Of a DNA stretch of 64,000 bases, positions 60,701 to 64,000 are shown in pieces (within the stretch, counting starts at the first letter, position 1; each line of letters opens with the position of its first letter). The DNA lies in the NCBI RefSeq assembly GCF_006345805.1, contig NC_043005.1:4526001-4590000 (forward strand). Direction: 5' to 3'. Under the pieces are notes generated by a model. The model was not told the origin of the DNA. It saw nothing but the letters and a program-made list of their open reading frames with translations, and searched no databases. This DNA comes from Octopus sinensis. Lineage: Eukaryota. Both the position numbers and the translations under genes were made by a program.

Positions 60701-63662
60701 CACACACACACATGCATGTATGTACAGTAAATAGAAACGTTGCATATTTTGTTCCCCGAACAATAACTGGTTGTACATGTTATAAATGTATTTAATATAA
60801 GAGTCGATTGCTGATCAACAAGTTGTTTCTAATTCACAGATTGCCTGGGGTGCTATGTTTTTGATACTGTTGTTTCATGCTCTGCTGGCTGTGGGGTTTG
60901 TGGTAAGTTCACTTTTATTATTGAGAAATATATTTCCACTCAAATCGACTTTATATTTGAAATACTCAAATTAAATACTGTTCAAAAGGGGATGTTTTAA
61001 TTGCTTGATAATACATGTGAAAAACCATTCGGAAATGTCAAGAAATATATTTAAAAAATCAGGTGACAAATACGTCTCTTTCTGTTTCACTTGAGAGTGT
61101 AATGAAAATTTAAATGTTTTAAAATTTCTTTATCTCATTGGCACAGGCATGATTGTGTGGTTAAGAAACTCACTTTGTAACCATGTGGTTTCAGGTTTAG
61201 TCCCATCATGTGGCACCTTGGGCGAATCTCTTCTATAGCCCTGGGCTAACCAGTGCCTTGAGTGAATTTGGTTGACAGGCACTGTGTAGAAGCTTGTTTT
61301 TGTGTGTGCATGTGTGTGTGTGTCCTTTATACAAATCCACAATTTTTCAGTTAGAGGGCTCACACTTTCTATGGTCATTCAAAACCGTCCAAGGGTGGTC
61401 GTGCACATCTTTACATTAAAAAGTCAATAGAAGTGACTTTTTTTGTGGATTTTCTATCCAAAACCCAATCAAAATGCCCGAAACTTGATACGCCAATTGA
61501 ATGCCAGCTAGCTGTATGTGATTGGTCGGAGATTTGGACAGTACTCGCGTGTATGTGCGCACACACGCAGCTGTATATGCATGCACTAGCAGTATGACCC
61601 GGTGTTGCCGGGTCATAATGCTAGTAGTTTAATAAAAGAGAATAGAATAAGTACGAGACTTAGGAATAAGCACTGGGGTCAATGTGTTTGACAAAACTTT
61701 CCAAGAATGGTCGAAGTCCAATGACTGAAACAAGTAAAAGACATACAAGTATGAGTTGTGTGTTTACATGTCTTCCTTGGATTCAGAACTACAAAACAAG
61801 CGCTAGCGTTTATTTTGAGAAATAGCAGTCAAATCTCCTTCAAACCACACCCTGTTGTATGAAAAGAAAAATAGAAAGTTGAAGCAGTATAGGCTACAAA
61901 TAGATGCAGTGAGTGGTGGGGGTGAGTTAATGATTCTAAAATAAGTTTGTGTAACATCAAACCGTTTTTCTTCCTCCTTCAATCTCTCTTTAATTTTTCT
62001 TCTCTCACTCTTCCTCTCTATGGAAGATTGTCATCATCATTTAACATACTCCTTCCATACTGGCCATGAAGTACAACATGCTCCAACAAGCCAGAGGACC
62101 TGTGTTTAGTTGCAATGTCTGCTTTGGCATGGTTTCTATGGCCGGATGCCTTTCTTAACACCAGCCACTTTCTACTGGGTACTGGTGCTTTTTTGATGAA
62201 ATTGGCAACTAGTGAGGTCACCAGTCCTTTGCAAGACAAAGAAAATGCTCCTTTGACTGAGCTGGGGTTGTAGTAGAGCTGGAGGTTGCTTTCTGACAGT
62301 TGTTATGAGGTCAAAGTATGGTAGAGGAACAGGTTTTGCTACAGAGGTAATATATGGCTGCCCTGCATTATATAAGAATGGACGGGAGTAGCTGAGAAGT
62401 TACTCACATCCATTCTTATATAATACAAGGCAACCGTGTATATGTGATGGGCTTCTTTCAGTTTTCATCTACCAAATCCACTCGCAAGGCTTTGGTCTGC
62501 CCAAGGTGCCTTGCAGTAGGACTGAACCTGAAACCATGTGGTTGGGAACCAAACTTCTTACCACATGGCCCATGCCTGTGCTCCAGCATGGCCACAGCCT
62601 AATGAGTGAAACAAGTAAAAGTTAAAATTTATATGTGTGTGTATTTATATGTACATATGTGTGTGTATGTATATGTACATATGTGTGCATATGTACATAC
62701 ACACACATACCAATGAGATACATTGCGCTTACACCTGTTACAAATATCACCATACTGTCTTATGTATGTTTATATGTATACATACACTGTCAAGTGATAC
62801 CTCTGTATTTTAGCCAGACATGTCAGATATAGTAGCCAATGTTCCCTCAAGTCACATTGTTCTATCTCCTGTTTCTGATACAATACATCATCATCATCAT
62901 TTAACGTCCGTTTTCCATGCTGGCATGGGTTGGATGGTTTGACTGGGGACTGGCAAGCCAGGGAGGGCTCACCAGGCTCCAATCTGATCTGGCAGTGTTT
63001 CTACAACTGGATGCCCTTCCTAACCCCAACCACTCTGAGAGTGCAGTGGGTGCTTTTTATGTGCCACTGGCATGGAAGCCAGTCGGGTGGCAATGGCATT
63101 GACCACGTTCGAATGGTGCTTTTTATTTGCTCTGGCACAGGACCCAGTCGGAGCAGGTGTGGGAAGGGGGGACTGGCATCAACCATGTTCAGATGGTGCT
63201 TTTTACGTGCCACTGGCACGGGGAGCCAGTCAGGCGACACTGGCAATGACCCACACATGAATGGTGCGTATTGCGTGCCACCAGTACAGGAGCCAGTCAG
63301 GTGGCACTGGCATTGGCCACAACTACAATTTCCATTTTGATTTCAGTTTGATTGAGATTCTGCTTAATAAATACGTTAGTCAAATAAAATATGTAACATT
63401 AATCCCTTATTAACTAATCTTCAATCCCCATATTATTTCCTTTCAATTCTTTTTTTTTTAGAAAGATTGTTTACTTTCAGTAATTAGTCTTTTCATTCAA
63501 CAGAAATGAATAAAATATTCTGAAGAAATTATTAAATGTGAATTAAAATTTTCTCCTCTTTTGCAGCTGTATTTTTTCCATGTTCCAGCACCAATTCCTA
63601 GTGGTAGTGGTACTACTACGACCACTACTACTGACACACCTTTGACAACAATACACAGCTAA
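28873..63662 (+). CDS. YIPF1: Yip1 domain family protein (YIPF1/YIPF2 co-ortholog), 9 coding exons, 308 aa
   Basis: Exons 28873-28920, 46750-46786, 50367-50491, 52382-52550, 54171-54284, 55056-55210, 56876-56995, 60840-60902, 63567-63662 sum to 927 nt with no internal stop; all GT-AG. Family motifs [79 protein letters not shown]. Confidence 0.95.
29910..31060 (+). mobile_element. Head-to-tail cluster of 3-4 family C SINEs
   Basis: Repeated GTTCTGAGTTCAAATTC...GTCGACTTT..TCATCCTTT cores near 29980, 30145, 30385 and 30925. Confidence 0.75.
31488..31693 (+). mobile_element. Mariner-derived MITE, second copy
   Basis: Homologous to 3638..3837 with the same TIRs. Confidence 0.75.
32990..33796 (-). 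mobile_element. Degenerate mariner (DD34D, Mos1/Hsmar-like) element
   Basis: [11 protein letters not shown]...[29 protein letters not shown]; TIR-like TATTGGGTCATCCC at the right end. Confidence 0.88.
34617..35282 (-). mobile_element. Tandem pair of family A retroposons (short copy directly against the tail of a long copy)
   Basis: Two (CAT)n-CGTTTAACGTCC starts at ~34621 and ~34808, each preceded by CAGA. Confidence 0.85.
37098..38427 (-). mobile_element. 5'-truncated CR1-clade LINE (RT core to 3' tail)
   Basis: [12 protein letters not shown]...[17 protein letters not shown]...[14 protein letters not shown]...YADDVKLY...[10 protein letters not shown]; (ATT)n tail; open RT frame of 310 aa. 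Confidence 0.95.
38577..39045. repeat. Inverted pair of ~175-bp Penelope-like repeats with hammerhead-like cores
   Basis: 38577..38746 (-) and 38870..39045 (+) align at roughly 75% by eye. Confidence 0.8.
39190..39870 (+). mobile_element. Family B SINE expanded by an internal (TATG/TA)n microsatellite
   Basis: Head and tail match family B; ~320-bp simple repeat inside. Confidence 0.8.
40411..41257 (-). mobile_element. Internally deleted mariner element with both TIRs
   Basis: ..[12 protein letters not shown] fused to C-terminal [30 protein letters not shown]; TA-flanked imperfect TIRs TACATGAGGGGGT.. / ..ACCCCCTTGTA. Confidence 0.88.
45345..45762 (+). mobile_element. CR1-clade LINE 3' end with (TTA)n tail
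   Basis: [22 protein letters not shown]...[14 protein letters not shown]; same family as 37098..38427; older relics at ~31090..31480, ~47380..47540 and ~51040..51090. Confidence 0.9.
46297..46534. mobile_element. hAT-type MITE (238 bp)
   Basis: TIR CAGTGGTTCTC / GAGAACCACTG; 8-bp TSD CCTTAGAA / CTTTAGAA (7 of 8). Confidence 0.85.
46750..46786 (+). CDS. YIPF1: YIPF exon 2 ([12 protein letters not shown])
   Basis: TTTCTAG acceptor, G|GTAAAC donor; matches the DDLQFE/DELTFH N-terminal motif. Confidence 0.85.
50367..50491 (+). CDS. YIPF1: YIPF exon 3 (..[10 protein letters not shown])
   Basis: TTTTTCAG acceptor, GAG|GT donor; acidic stretch ending DKTE as in YIPF1. Confidence 0.9.
52382..52550 (+). 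CDS. YIPF1: YIPF exon 4 ([26 protein letters not shown])
   Basis: Strong family motifs; canonical splice sites. Confidence 0.97.
54171..54284 (+). CDS. YIPF1: YIPF exon 5 ([15 protein letters not shown])
   Basis: Strong family motif; canonical splice sites. Confidence 0.97.
55056..55210 (+). CDS. YIPF1: YIPF exon 6 ([18 protein letters not shown])
   Basis: TM segments; TTTCAG acceptor, GTAAGT donor. Confidence 0.97.
55339..56283. mobile_element. Cluster of TTAA-flanked piggyBac-type MITEs
   Basis: Elements 55339..55544, 55790..56009 and 56065..56283 each bounded by TTAA-CC(C/T)TTT...AAAGGG-TTAA; a fourth starts at 55632. Confidence 0.8.
56876..56995 (+). CDS. YIPF1: YIPF exon 7 ([17 protein letters not shown])
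   Basis: Family motif; canonical splice sites. Confidence 0.97.
57748..58390 (-). mobile_element. Family A retroposon, diverged long form
   Basis: (CAT)n-TTTAACATCCATTTTCCATGCTGGCAT.. start; internal module repeats. Confidence 0.75.
59530..60103 (+). mobile_element. Family B SINE dimer (partial copy plus full copy)
   Basis: Two GTGGCTGTGTG..AAG..CTTCCCAACCAC-type heads at ~59535 and ~59724. Confidence 0.8.
60840..60902 (+). CDS. YIPF1: YIPF exon 8 ([21 protein letters not shown])
   Basis: Last TM; CACAG acceptor, GTAAGT donor. Confidence 0.93.
62887..63345 (-). mobile_element. Family A retroposon, long form
   Basis: Same terminus and internal modules as 1421..2052. Confidence 0.8.
63567..63662 (+). 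CDS. YIPF1: YIPF exon 9 ([18 protein letters not shown])
   Basis: TTTTGCAG acceptor; YFF motif; TAA at 63660..63662. Confidence 0.92.
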   Translation: MYFFHVPAPIPSGSGTTTTTTTDTPLTTIHS

Positions 63663-63692
63663 ACAACAACAAAAAATGAAAGAATCTATTTC

Positions 63693-63698
63693 AATAAA
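63693..63698 (+). promoter_or_regulatory. Candidate proximal polyadenylation signal for YIPF
   Basis: AATAAA 30 nt after the stop; common by chance in AT-rich DNA. Confidence 0.3.
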
Positions 63699-64000
63699 GC
63701 TAAGAAAAGCATTGCTCAAAGATGTCAACAGAGCTGTAAGCAATTCCACTGTGTTATTTGGTGTACCACCCGTCCACATTTGAGTTACTTTGCACATTAA
63801 ACATAAAAAGGTTTCTGAAAGTAAAAGTTACAAAAAATAAGTTTAGTTTTAAATACAATAAGATACGAGGTCTATGGCTTTAGAATATACTGGAAGCATT
63901 TTTAATGTAAGGAAAGGAGTTTAGTTGAAAACTGTATTTGAAATCCTCATTCATACAAGAATAGATTAATTTATCATTTTAGAATGTGGCTGTGTTTAAT

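Overview
Repeat-rich, AT-rich animal genomic DNA. The microsatellite load and tRNA-derived SINE families look like an Octopus (coleoid) genome, which is an inference from recalled repeat families and not a database hit. The right half holds a complete 9-exon YIPF1/2-family gene on the + strand (CDS 28873..63662, 927 nt, 308 aa, all introns GT-AG and phase-consistent, 17.8-kb first intron). At 6110..6218 a minus-strand first coding exon resembles the N-terminus of TIMM29, so the two genes would be head-to-head, as I recall YIPF2 and TIMM29 being in human. The 22.6-kb interval between them contains a tRNA-Asp(GTC) cluster: 9 identical intact genes, 2 pseudogenes and further relics. Eight intact genes form four divergent pairs on a ~1.3-kb period, with signs of inverted duplication, flank swapping, gene conversion, a flipped internal cassette, and a near full-length RTE LINE inserted into one pseudo-tRNA. 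That LINE is itself interrupted by a Helitron-derived segment. The rest is TE debris: Tc1/mariner relics and MITEs, CR1-like LINE ends, Penelope-like relics including several decayed minimal hammerhead-ribozyme cores, hAT- and piggyBac-type MITEs, SINEs and long foldback palindromes. All alignments were done by eye, so identities are estimates and TE boundaries are approximate.
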